This document shows positions 46,705 to 56,169 of a DNA stretch of 64,000 nt, one piece after another. The notes below the pieces were generated by a model. That model was not told the DNA's origin, made no database searches, and was given only the letters and a program-made list of their open reading frames with translations. How positions within the stretch are numbered: the first letter of the stretch is position 1; every line of letters starts with the position of its first letter. Origin of the DNA: Candidatus Microgenomates bacterium (GTDB lineage: Bacteria; Patescibacteriota; Microgenomatia; UBA8517; JACQJR01); the NCBI GenBank assembly GCA_016204995.1, contig JACQJR010000001.1, positions 28,548-92,547 of the forward strand. The letters are read 5' to 3'. The translations under genes were made by a program, and so were the position numbers.

Positions 46705-49608
46705 TTAGGCAATTTTGGTGACTTTAAATTCACTGCCTGGTTGCAAATCAACGGCCATTGTTTTAGCTTTAATCCAGTTAATTAATTTAATATCCTTTGG
46801 CAAACCAGGCATGGTCACGACTATTTTATCAGTCAAACCTAAACTAAGTCTTTTTCTCTCTTCCTGAATTAAACGGACCAGCTCACGAGCTTGACCTTCG
46901 GCTAAAAGTTGGGGAGAAATTTTGGTGTTAAGAGAAACCGTAATTTTATCTACCCTCTTTTTCTTCCACACCACTTCTTTAACATTTAATTCTTCTGCCA
47001 ATAATTCCAAGAAAGAAGCGCTGGGAGATTTAGTGGGAGCAGCCACTGTGGCGCGGCTTAAAGGCTGACGAACGCGAATCTGATTGGCTTTTCTGGCAGC
47101 GTGTCCGGCCTCAACTGCTTCTCTTACTTGTTTCATCTCATCTAGTATTATTTGTTCGCGACTTTCCAGTTCCGCGACCTCCGGCCAATCTTCTAAATGG
47201 ACAGATTCACGGGAGGTAAGTTTAGTAAAAATAGCTTCTGACATAAAAGGTAATAGGGGAGCCAAAAGCCGGCACAAAGTGACTAAGACAAAATAAGTCG
47301 TCTGATAAAAATTTTCTTTGTCGTTTATGTTGGTGGAGGATGGGCCTACACGGTCGCGAGATCGCCTGATATACCAATTAGATAAATCCTGGACAAAATT
47401 CTCAATCGCTATAGCTCCAGTTGCTACCTCATATTTTTCTAAACCCTCCGTATTTATTTTAACGACTTCTTTAAGTCTGGCCAAAATCCACTTATCCAGT
47501 ATGTTATTGGACATTGGCCATTTAGCATTGGACATTAAACTTGGCTTCCAAGCATCGAAGGTGGCGTAAGTCACAAAAAAGTTGTAAACATTCCACAAGG
47601 GCAAATGGAAACTACGTCTGGTTTCGTCGGCAATTTTGTAACCGAATAATAAATTTTTGGCCGGGTCTTGCTTAACATACATCCAGCGCATCACATCCAC
47701 CCCAATTTTGTCTGCACCCTCATTAAATTCAATGGCATTACCCCAAGATTTATGCATCGGCCGGCCGTCTTCAGCTAAAACTGTTCCATGCCCAAGAACA
47801 TTTTGAAAAGGAGCAGTGCCAGCTAAAACCGTAGACATCGCCAGCATGGAATAAAACCACCCCTTAAACTGGCCTGGAAAACTTTCCGTAATAAAATCAG
47901 CCGGAAACCATTCTTTGGGCAAGGTAGAAAAAGGCACAATCCCGGCGTCCAGCCAAGGATTACCCACATCCGGTATTCTGGAAACAATTTCATGACACTT
48001 CTCGCAAGCTATCTTTACTTGATCAATATAGGGTTTGTGCGGGGAATGGCCGGTAAATTCTTTCCACCCCTCAACAGCTTTTTCTTTTAGCTCCCCCAAA
48101 CCACCAATCACTGTAAAGTAACCACAGGCCTGGCACTTCCAAATTGGCAAAGCCAATCCCCAATACCTTTTTTTGGAAATCATCCAGTCGTCCATGTTCC
48201 TGATCCAATCCAACTCCCGTTCCCGGCAAAATTCTGGCAACCAATTAATACTTTTGGTAATCTCGGTCATTTTATTTCTAATTGGATCCATCGCAATGTA
48301 CCATTCAGGTACCGCCCGAAAGACCAATTCTGTCTCGCAGCGCCAACAAACCGGATAACGGTGAGTATACTGCTCTTCTTTTAATAAAAAGCCATTTTCA
48401 TTTAAGGCTGCAATAATCGGTCGGGGATTGCCAGCTGCTTTTCCCGAAAATTCGCCAAAGCCAGGTAAAAAGATGGCTCCCTCATCAATGGCCAAAATCA
48501 TTGGTAATTTTTCGCGCTTAGCCAGCACAAAATCTTCGTGCCCTGCCCCCGGAGCGATATGGACCAAGCCTGTCCCCTCTTCTTCGGTGACTAACTCTTC
48601 CCCACCTACTACCCGATGGAAGGAACGGGGATTTTCCAGTTTCACTTTCTGGACAGCTGGTAAATTATCAAAAGGGCTTTGGTAGGTAACATTAACCAAC
48701 CGCTCCCCTGCTAATTCTTCCAATACTTCTATATTTGGCCCTGCCTGCGCAGGCAAGCCTAAAACCGGAATAATTCGGGAACGAGCCAGATAGTAAATAT
48801 CATTTCCTACTTTCACCCGACTATAAATTAACTTGGGATTAACGGCAATCGCCACATTGGCTGGCAAGGTCCAGGGAGTGGTAGTCCACACCAATAGATA
48901 TTCATTATTTCTACCCACAATCGGATACTTAACTGTGACGGCCGTATGCGTTAATTCCTTGTAGCCTTCAGTTAAAATTTCATGATTGGAAATGGCGGTG
49001 GCGCATCTTGGACACCATGGCACACTATCTACTCCTTCATAAATTAGACCGCGCTCGTTCGCTACTTTCAAAAAGTGCCAAATCATGTAGTTATTTTCGT
49101 CGCTCATCGTGTTGTATGAATTATCCCAATCCATAAAGTAACCTAATCTTTTTGATTGATCAGTCTGTATCGCGGAAAATTTTCTCACTCGTTCTTTACA
49201 CAATTCCACGAATTTGGCAATGGAAGCAAAAGTGTTGCCTTTGACTAAATTTTCAATATCCTGTTTACTCTTGAGCCCCAACTCCTTTTCCACGTTAACT
49301 TCCACCCATAAACCTTGCGCGTCAAAACCGTTTTGAAAACGTTGTTTAAACCCCTGCATATTTTTATATCTTTGCCAAACATCTTTATAAGTTCTACCCC
49401 AACCATGATGGACGCCCATTGGATTATTAGCGGTAATTGGTCCATCCAGAAAACGAAAGAGTTTTTTACTCTTACTATTTTTCGCTAGATATTTTTTAAA
49501 AATACCGGCTTCATACCAATGAATCATCAGTTCCTGCTCCATCTTCGGAAAATCAGGATTTGCCGCCACCGGCTCAAAACCAGAACCATTTTTGCTTTTT
49601 TTAGCCAT
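46705..49608 (-). CDS. ileS: Isoleucyl-tRNA synthetase (type 2-like)
   Basis: DGPITANN, WTTTPWTLPAN, GTGLVHIAP, DWMISKKRYWG, WYIRRSR. Confidence 0.95.
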   Translation of the reverse strand: MAKKSKNGSGFEPVAANPDFPKMEQELMIHWYEAGIFKKYLAKNSKSKKLFRFLDGPITANNPMGVHHGWGRTYKDVWQRYKNMQGFKQRFQNGFDAQGLWVEVNVEKELGLKSKQDIENLVKGNTFASIAKFVELCKERVRKFSAIQTDQSKRLGYFMDWDNSYNTMSDENNYMIWHFLKVANERGLIYEGVDSVPWCPRCATAISNHEILTEGYKELTHTAVTVKYPIVGRNNEYLLVWTTTPWTLPANVAIAVNPKLIYSRVKVGNDIYYLARSRIIPVLGLPAQAGPNIEVLEELAGERLVNVTYQSPFDNLPAVQKVKLENPRSFHRVVGGEELVTEEEGTGLVHIAPGAGHEDFVLAKREKLPMILAIDEGAIFLPGFGEFSGKAAGNPRPIIAALNENGFLLKEEQYTHRYPVCWRCETELVFRAVPEWYIAMDPIRNKMTEITKSINWLPEFCRERELDWIRNMDDWMISKKRYWGLALPIWKCQACGYFTVIGGLGELKEKAVEGWKEFTGHSPHKPYIDQVKIACEKCHEIVSRIPDVGNPWLDAGIVPFSTLPKEWFPADFITESFPGQFKGWFYSMLAMSTVLAGTAPFQNVLGHGTVLAEDGRPMHKSWGNAIEFNEGADKIGVDVMRWMYVKQDPAKNLLFGYKIADETRRSFHLPLWNVYNFFVTYATFDAWKPSLMSNAKWPMSNNILDKWILARLKEVVKINTEGLEKYEVATGAIAIENFVQDLSNWYIRRSRDRVGPSSTNINDKENFYQTTYFVLVTLCRLLAPLLPFMSEAIFTKLTSRESVHLEDWPEVAELESREQIILDEMKQVREAVEAGHAARKANQIRVRQPLSRATVAAPTKSPSASFLELLAEELNVKEVVWKKKRVDKITVSLNTKISPQLLAEGQARELVRLIQEERKRLSLGLTDKIVVTMPGLPKDIKLINWIKAKTMAVDLQPGSEFKVTKIA

Positions 49609-49644
49609 AATAACTTATTTCGAGCGCAAGCGAGAAATATACTT

Positions 49645-49797
49645 TTCCGCTTGCGGAATACCACGTCCTTGAGCGTGGTAGTTTATTTTACACGATTAAT
49701 AGCCTTCTTGGGAAGCACAGATTGGCCATTCCACCGATACTTACCTTTCGCCTTAGTAGATTTCTACTGTGGCTCAAGGGGCGTTATCCCGGCGGAT
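49645..49797 (-). ncRNA. Candidate 6S-like RNA (rod with central bubble) upstream of ileS
   Basis: Minus strand tccgc/gcgga, gggata/tattcc, ccttgagc/gctcaagg closing stem; aatggcc/ggctatt distal stem; G-U pairs favour the minus strand. Confidence 0.45.
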
Positions 49798-49799
49798 GC

Positions 49800-49826
49800 G
49801 GGCCAACTAATTTAGATAGTTGGCCC
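49800..49826. repeat. Perfect 10-bp inverted repeat
   Basis: GGGCCAACTA-atttaga-TAGTTGGCCC. Confidence 0.85.
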
Positions 49827-50200
49827 TTGACATGAGTATGCAAATCTTATTAATGTTAAATGTGGTTACTGAAGTAAAACCATCGATTGCCTTATCGGAT
49901 TTAGAGGTTGATCTTAACAGTTATTTTAGGCACGAAGAAATAGAAGGACGCCCCATTGGTTTTACCCATCATGGTTCTCTTTTAGATAGCATCGCCCGAT
50001 CTTATATCAGTTTAGAAACAGAACACAATTCAGTTGTCCAGGAAATTTTAGAATGGTCCTTTAGACAATTGGAACAAGAGGAAGAATTTATGAATAAAAG
50101 TCGGGAGTTAATCTTGGAAATGGCGCAAAGATTGCACGACTACGTGCCACAAAAAATGGGGTGGAATAAGTATCAACCACAAAATGGTTCCTGCCAGTAA
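49820..50200 (+). CDS. Hypothetical protein (true start probably further downstream)
   Basis: 126-aa ORF; a TTGACA...TATTAAT promoter-like sequence lies within its first codons; overlaps the end of the next gene. Confidence 0.4.
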   Translation: MALDMSMQILLMLNVVTEVKPSIALSDLEVDLNSYFRHEEIEGRPIGFTHHGSLLDSIARSYISLETEHNSVVQEILEWSFRQLEQEEEFMNKSRELILEMAQRLHDYVPQKMGWNKYQPQNGSCQ

Positions 50201-53191
50201 AATAAATCCCAGATACTCCAGATATTGAGGAAGAAAGATAATAGTTATGAGTTCAGAGTTATGAGTTATGTTCGGATTTATCACCCAACCATTGGACCAA
50301 TTATTGATTAACACATGATCCTTAATTTCTTTGCCAAATATCATTGGTAGTATTTGACATTGGTCATTGGACATTAGACATTGATAAGCTTTCCATCCGG
50401 CATTATAAGATTGTGACAATACTAAAGTTCCCCTGGAAGGGGCCCCTTCGGGGCCGGATTTCCCTGTCATATCCACCTCGTACATGGATGGATTAGGATG
50501 AGAAGAATTTACTGGAGAAAGGCTCATGGGCTGTGGCCCTGAAAGGGCCCCTTCGGGGGCTATTAGGTTATTAGAAGGAAGAAGAACTAAACTAGTAAGA
50601 AATTTATAAGGAATAGGGTTAACAGTAATTTTCCCTAGATCGTTAACTGATTTATCGCGGCCAATAGAAATATTGTCTAAATGAATTGTATAACCCAGGC
50701 CGTCAGATTCCATCGGAGGCTGAATGAAGTAGCTGGTCGTTGGTCGTTGGTCATTGGTCGTTGGCAAGTATGATTCCAGATCGGAGCGGCGGGAGTTGAG
50801 ATTTTCCAGCCAAAATAATAAAGTTTTACCAGCCACATGGCGGCTGTCAACTGAAATTAAATAGGATAAATTATGCGGCAAATTTGGCAGATAAAAAGCA
50901 GCGCTGCAATTATTAGCATCTTGAGCTGTTAATCGCATAACGCCATCTATAATCTCATTTTCCACGCTCCCGCCCGGCTTATTATTGCAATTTTTCGCTT
51001 CTCCCACCTCATTTACTGGATTAATTTCAGCACTAAAATAACCTGTTACTTTCGGCACCCTGATACTAATTTGGCGACCATCAAAATAAACATCTTGCAA
51101 AAGAGAATGGGAAATAGATAAATCATTGGGGTCAACCCACATTAAATCTTGCGGATTAATTTTAGAAACATCTAAAAAGTAGTTTTCAAATCCTTGGGGC
51201 AAAGTTTTTTTAAACAAAAAGTAATCTCCATGGTCTTCAACGGTAAACTCTCTATCCATCTGTCGTTTTCCTGTAAAAAGGGATCTAAAAGGATAATAGA
51301 GGTTAGAGCTTAGAGCTTGGATATTAGAATCGGAAACATAATGGCCGTTGTCTATAAAAGCCTGGTCGTAATTATTCCATTTGTAAGTTGGACCGACATT
51401 AGGCAAATTTTGCCCTAGATATAAATAATTTTTAACCGGCGTATTTAAATTAACTTGATAAACCTTTAACTTACCTAGGGTTTGCACCAAACTTACTTTG
51501 TCATAACCAGCTAACATACTTTCCAGTTCATCATTAAAAAGCGCCTTAGGCGCTGAAGGGTTAATGATATTTTCATCAATTAAAATCCAATTAATTTGGT
51601 ATTTTTCCAAAACGTTTTCTAATAAATTTAAATTTTTAGAATAAACAGCGTATGAAGCTTCCCAATAATAATTTTCATTTTGACTACTCCAGGGATCAAA
51701 AGCCCGATCTAAAATCGGCTGTTCTATGCCATACCACAAAAATCCAGAACCACTGTAGCCCCATTGGTAAAAATTCCAGCTCCAAAAAGTATGTTGAGGA
51801 AAGTTGGCAATCCGAGTATTAGGATTTTCTTTTTTAAAAAAATCGGCTAGTTGGAAATACTCATTAGGTATGCTTACTCTTTCCCGGTCATAAAATAAAT
51901 GTCCTTCAAGTATAGGTAAAGTAAAAATAATTACAGCCTCAATTGCCAGTAAACTGCCTAAAATTACTAATTTTTTATTTTTAAAATATCCCAATATCGT
52001 TTGCAGACCGATGGTAAAAAATATGGCATAAGTGAGAGCAGTTAAAATGGAAAACTTGGTAAAAGCAAATCTGAAAGCTTGGTCAAATAAAGGAATTTGT
52101 CGAAATAAGTTATCTATCCAGGAAAATGGCGGTGTGGAAATTACCAGCATAGTAAAAGAAAAAATAAATAAAATCGCAAAGGCTCTAAGAAGTGGTTTCC
52201 TTTTTATAAAAGCAGTCAATATTCCCACTAGAATTACGCCAAATAAAAAGTAGCCTAAAGAAGTAATCCAGGGATTTGCCAAATGATCCCGCCAGTTTGC
52301 CAACATATAAACATAATTCCCTTGGCTATCTGGCTCAACATTGTTAAACCAAAATCCTTTCAGTAGCATTACGTCTTGGGCATGACCAAACTCTTTATTT
52401 TTTAGAAATATTTCCTCAGTAGAAATTTGATTAATGACGGCATTTAAATTAACTTGAGAATTGGTTAAAGTAAAATAAAGAAAAGGTAGCAACCAGAAAG
52501 AGTTTACTAAGATAACCAGCAAGAAAGCTCTAACGCCATTAAAAAAAATGGATTTTTTTCTAATGAATAAACATAAAGCGCAAAATAAAATACCTATACT
52601 TAATAAATAAGTGACAAATAAAGTTGGCACATAAGCAGCCGGAGTAGCCAAGATAAGCGTTAGAATAAAAAGCAGCAAATTTTTTCTACGTGGGTTAAAA
52701 AATACATTAATAAAAGTTAATAATAACCAAGGCAAGAAAGCAAAATGGGCTGTAAACACTTCAAAAGGAGTATAAAAAGCCTGAACTGTGGCTAAATTAA
52801 AAAGATAAAAAATACCGCCAATAAAAGGTAAAATCGGATGGTAATTATTTTTAGGTAATAACCTTCTGGTTAAATAATAAGCGCCGACACTGCCAGTCAT
52901 TAACATCAAAAAAGTCCATAAATAACGCAAGCCTGACAAGGGTGTTATAAACGACGAGATATAAAGAGTAAATTGGTGGACTAAATCGGCCGCATGCCCC
53001 ATTCCCCCTAATAATCCCAATCCTTGATATTCCTGCCAAACGGCAAAAATAGAGCGCTTAAAATTAAAACCAAAGGAAAATTCCGGATGTAAGTTATCTC
53101 CACCGCTTAAGAAGGTATCTGGCTGCCAATTTAAAATAAAAATTATTGCACAGACTAAGATAAAAAAAATAATAGGCAATATCCGTTTCAT
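50108..53191 (-). CDS. Large polytopic membrane glycosyltransferase-like protein (GT-C; AftD/YfhO-like)
   Basis: About 13 TM helices; N-terminal loop GGDNLHPE; C-terminal LVLSQSYNAGWKA...NNWSNGW; next to a GT2. Confidence 0.6.
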   Translation of the reverse strand: MKRILPIIFFILVCAIIFILNWQPDTFLSGGDNLHPEFSFGFNFKRSIFAVWQEYQGLGLLGGMGHAADLVHQFTLYISSFITPLSGLRYLWTFLMLMTGSVGAYYLTRRLLPKNNYHPILPFIGGIFYLFNLATVQAFYTPFEVFTAHFAFLPWLLLTFINVFFNPRRKNLLLFILTLILATPAAYVPTLFVTYLLSIGILFCALCLFIRKKSIFFNGVRAFLLVILVNSFWLLPFLYFTLTNSQVNLNAVINQISTEEIFLKNKEFGHAQDVMLLKGFWFNNVEPDSQGNYVYMLANWRDHLANPWITSLGYFLFGVILVGILTAFIKRKPLLRAFAILFIFSFTMLVISTPPFSWIDNLFRQIPLFDQAFRFAFTKFSILTALTYAIFFTIGLQTILGYFKNKKLVILGSLLAIEAVIIFTLPILEGHLFYDRERVSIPNEYFQLADFFKKENPNTRIANFPQHTFWSWNFYQWGYSGSGFLWYGIEQPILDRAFDPWSSQNENYYWEASYAVYSKNLNLLENVLEKYQINWILIDENIINPSAPKALFNDELESMLAGYDKVSLVQTLGKLKVYQVNLNTPVKNYLYLGQNLPNVGPTYKWNNYDQAFIDNGHYVSDSNIQALSSNLYYPFRSLFTGKRQMDREFTVEDHGDYFLFKKTLPQGFENYFLDVSKINPQDLMWVDPNDLSISHSLLQDVYFDGRQISIRVPKVTGYFSAEINPVNEVGEAKNCNNKPGGSVENEIIDGVMRLTAQDANNCSAAFYLPNLPHNLSYLISVDSRHVAGKTLLFWLENLNSRRSDLESYLPTTNDQRPTTSYFIQPPMESDGLGYTIHLDNISIGRDKSVNDLGKITVNPIPYKFLTSLVLLPSNNLIAPEGALSGPQPMSLSPVNSSHPNPSMYEVDMTGKSGPEGAPSRGTLVLSQSYNAGWKAYQCLMSNDQCQILPMIFGKEIKDHVLINNWSNGWVINPNITHNSELITIIFLPQYLEYLGFILLAGTILWLILIPPHFLWHVVVQSLRHFQD

Positions 53192-53199
53192 GAAATCTA

Positions 53200-54099
53200 T
53201 TAAAGTTGGACGGAAGAATTGAAGGTTAATTGCGATAATGAAGAGTTGTGATAACGAACAAAATTTAATTTTCTAAATATTTTATAAAGAAAGAGCGTGA
53301 GTTTTGTAGGCATTAATAAAACTGCCACTGCTTGGATAAAAGTAATAACTAAACCTTGCCAATCAGGTTTATACCCATATTGAAAAATAGCTCTCAGCCT
53401 GGCCACTAGAGTTAAAAAGAAAGTTTGGCGAATATTTATCAAAGAGCTGTTATGTTGATGTATCCTGTAACATAAAACCACATCTGGTAAATTTTCTACC
53501 TTACCATATTTAAAAAGTTTAAAGATCAATTCTACTTCTTCAGCCGTGTTCATGCCATCACGATAATATTCAAAATTTTTAGGCAGTCTTTGCGCAGCAA
53601 TCATTAACGTTGGCTGCTGCACTGGAATAAATCTAAAAATATAACGGTAAATGTCACTAAAATCTGTGGGAAATATTTTCTTGCCGGTAATGCGTGAATC
53701 CTTATCTATTATTAAACATTGTCCACCCACTGCTACTGTTTCATGATGACGACTTAGATATTTAACTTGTTTTTCTAGCCGGTCAGAGACCGCCACATCA
53801 TCCGCATCCATCCGGGCAATAAATTCGCCTTTGGTTTTACTAATTACTTTCTTAACTGTTTCAGAAATTCCCAAACGGCGCTTATTTTGTAGCAAGATAA
53901 TATTGGAATGTTTTTTTTGGTAACGTTTAATAATCTCGCGCGAATTATCGTTTGAAGCATCATCAATGATCAAGAACTCAAAATTTTTATAGGTTTGATT
54001 TAAAATACTCTCTATGCTTTCCGCCAAAAATTGACCGGCATTATAAACCGGCATCACCACCGAAACCAATGATTGTCTTTTCCGCATATCATCCCTCAA
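53200..54099 (-). CDS. GT2 glycosyltransferase
   Basis: VSVVMPVYN, IIDDASND, ARMDADD, RLEKQ. Confidence 0.92.
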   Translation of the reverse strand: MRDDMRKRQSLVSVVMPVYNAGQFLAESIESILNQTYKNFEFLIIDDASNDNSREIIKRYQKKHSNIILLQNKRRLGISETVKKVISKTKGEFIARMDADDVAVSDRLEKQVKYLSRHHETVAVGGQCLIIDKDSRITGKKIFPTDFSDIYRYIFRFIPVQQPTLMIAAQRLPKNFEYYRDGMNTAEEVELIFKLFKYGKVENLPDVVLCYRIHQHNSSLINIRQTFFLTLVARLRAIFQYGYKPDWQGLVITFIQAVAVLLMPTKLTLFLYKIFRKLNFVRYHNSSLSQLTFNSSVQL

Positions 54100-54136
54100 C
54101 TTTAGCTACCACTTTTGGTGATGGATAAAGGAAAGG

Positions 54137-54254
54137 GGAGAGAAAGGTAAGCAGGTGACAAAAACGAAGGAAAATCGCATGAAGCGATATTGATTGTCTA
54201 GCAATTAGACAATTTTTCCTTGTTTCATCAACTACCTATTTATCCTTTCTCTCC
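54137..54254. ncRNA. Candidate multibranched structured element
   Basis: ggagagaaagg/cctttctctcc 11-bp stem, aaggaaaa/ttttcctt, inner hairpins tcgc-atgaa-gcga and attgtcta-gcaat-tagacaat. Confidence 0.4.
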
Positions 54255-54301
54255 GGGGCGCATGAAGGAGTGAGTGTTATCTCACAAAGCTACCCCACTA
54301 A

Positions 54302-55288
54302 TCAGTTGGAACATGCTCGGGCTTTGGCTACCTCGGCTGGCCAGTAATTAACAACACCATCTGTGACAGTGCCGTCTCCCGAAACCTTCTCAAGGTAGCA
54401 GTTCTGGTAGGTTCTTCCACCCATGTTGATGGTATAACCATAAACTGCTTCGCCGACCCGAAACTTAGCTGTACCACCAGAATCAGCAGAAGTTCTGCGA
54501 TTTTGACAGTTAACCGTAGCGCAATTCTGATTCGTAGTCGAACTTTGAGCAGGGGGCTGGGCAGTAGCGCTCGCAGATGACTGTTGTTTACCAGAACTGG
54601 CACAGTTAGAAAATCCCGGTGTACCGCAGGGAGGACTCTGAATGGGTGAACCCCACTGCGGAATATCCTCATACTTCTTGGCAGGACAGTTGTAATTCTT
54701 TTCCTGCTCGTAAGCATTTTGGACTGCCAAAGTTTTAGTCCACCCAACAACGTCACCCGGCCAGACATCGTACAACGTCACGTTGGCGTTGACGATATTC
54801 AGATCCTCGAACCAGCTGTTTGGCCCCAGTATGACGAGAGAACACCTACCATTGGAACTGGCATCAGCTACCTTGCCGCCTTTGGCCCAGGAAATCTTGA
54901 CGCCTTTGACAATGCCTACTTGAACGACATCTCGTCCAAGTACATCACTGTAGTTCCCCCTAACGCCGACATCCCAGACACAGCCTCCTTGAGCATTAAG
55001 CTCCGGACCGCATGATTGGCTGTACCGTTCGTTAGGATTGAAACTGGCACCGACTGCTGTCTTACCGGCTACTGGAGTAGGTGTACCCTTATCCGTAACA
55101 GGAGATGGCATTGTGTATGTTGCCGTTGGTGTCATTGTGCCGCCATTACCTGCTGGGTTGGCTGCTTGGGTTTGGGAAGTGGCTGGTTTTGGACTGGCAA
55201 AGACAGTATTGGCAAGTGTCCACCAACCAACTCCAATCACAATCCCAACCGCTAGAATAGAACCGACTATAATCCTAATCAAACCCAT
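54302..55288 (-). CDS. Cys-rich exported hypothetical protein
   Basis: N-terminal TM/signal, P/T/S linkers, 10 Cys; GGAGGA SD upstream. Confidence 0.7.
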   Translation of the reverse strand: MGLIRIIVGSILAVGIVIGVGWWTLANTVFASPKPATSQTQAANPAGNGGTMTPTATYTMPSPVTDKGTPTPVAGKTAVGASFNPNERYSQSCGPELNAQGGCVWDVGVRGNYSDVLGRDVVQVGIVKGVKISWAKGGKVADASSNGRCSLVILGPNSWFEDLNIVNANVTLYDVWPGDVVGWTKTLAVQNAYEQEKNYNCPAKKYEDIPQWGSPIQSPPCGTPGFSNCASSGKQQSSASATAQPPAQSSTTNQNCATVNCQNRRTSADSGGTAKFRVGEAVYGYTINMGGRTYQNCYLEKVSGDGTVTDGVVNYWPAEVAKARACSN

Positions 55289-55477
55289 TGCTGTTTCCTC
55301 CTTACTAAATTTTTGCGCCCCCTCCTACAGAGGGCAAAATACAGGGGCAAGTTTACCCCCATAAGAGGGGAGCAAAATTAAAGAAGGATTTATGCGCCCA
55401 CTTGTTAAAGTGCTCCTCGCTTGGCTCGGAGTAAACTATGCTAATCAGCTTGCTCTAAGTTTTAACGAGGAAGAGAG

Positions 55478-56113
55478 TTAAGCTCTCTTAAATTTCAATA
55501 AGTAGAAACTGGTAAGCAAGGAAACCGTTGCAGAAGCGATCACGAAGATCCAGCTCTGGTTTCCGGTAGGAGGCAATTTTTTGGCAGGTACCGGCGCTGC
55601 TTTTCTTTCCAAACAAAGTTGAGCTGTATCTTTATCTTTTTGATTATCGCCACTTACTTCAGCCGCATTGACTACGCAGATTAAGTTTTTGTTAGTTGGA
55701 AATTGCTTATCTTCTACAACTTTGGCCTTAATTTCCCGCTCTTCTGTTTTTCCTACTGTTAAATCACTAATGTCAAAGTTTAAAGAGCCGCCAGCTAAAG
55801 TCAGCATAGAAGGTAAAGTATCAGCTACATTCACTTTGGCAAAAGTGGCATCACCGACGTTTTTAATTTGTAATTTGAAAGTTACCTCTTCGCCTGGAGC
55901 AAAGCGGTGGTCATTGAGTCCTAAATTATCCACGAATTTTTTCTGGATTGGATCCCACACCATTTTATTAATTTGCAGTTCTCCGGTTTTGACGCAGACT
56001 TCACCGCCGCCGTATTGGGTTTCGCAGCGGACTGCAGCTAGAGCGGGTTTAATAACAAGGAATGCAGAGAGAGCGAGGGCAATTACTGTAAGTGTAAATT
56101 TATAGGCTACCAT
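55478..56113 (-). CDS. DUF11-like surface protein with LPxTG sorting signal
   Basis: Signal peptide; PGEEVTFKLQIKNVG...V.DTLP; LPPTG + TM + KFKRA. Confidence 0.8.
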   Translation of the reverse strand: MVAYKFTLTVIALALSAFLVIKPALAAVRCETQYGGGEVCVKTGELQINKMVWDPIQKKFVDNLGLNDHRFAPGEEVTFKLQIKNVGDATFAKVNVADTLPSMLTLAGGSLNFDISDLTVGKTEEREIKAKVVEDKQFPTNKNLICVVNAAEVSGDNQKDKDTAQLCLERKAAPVPAKKLPPTGNQSWIFVIASATVSLLTSFYLLKFKRA

Positions 56114-56169
56114 CTTTACGGGTGGCAGACCGTTAATAACTAATACTCTAAGTCATGAAAGCTCATTTG

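Noticed and set aside
49820-50200. Stop-codon recoding (genetic code 25)
   Set aside because: Conserved genes are full length under code 11 and several end in TGA (for example gatA and eno).
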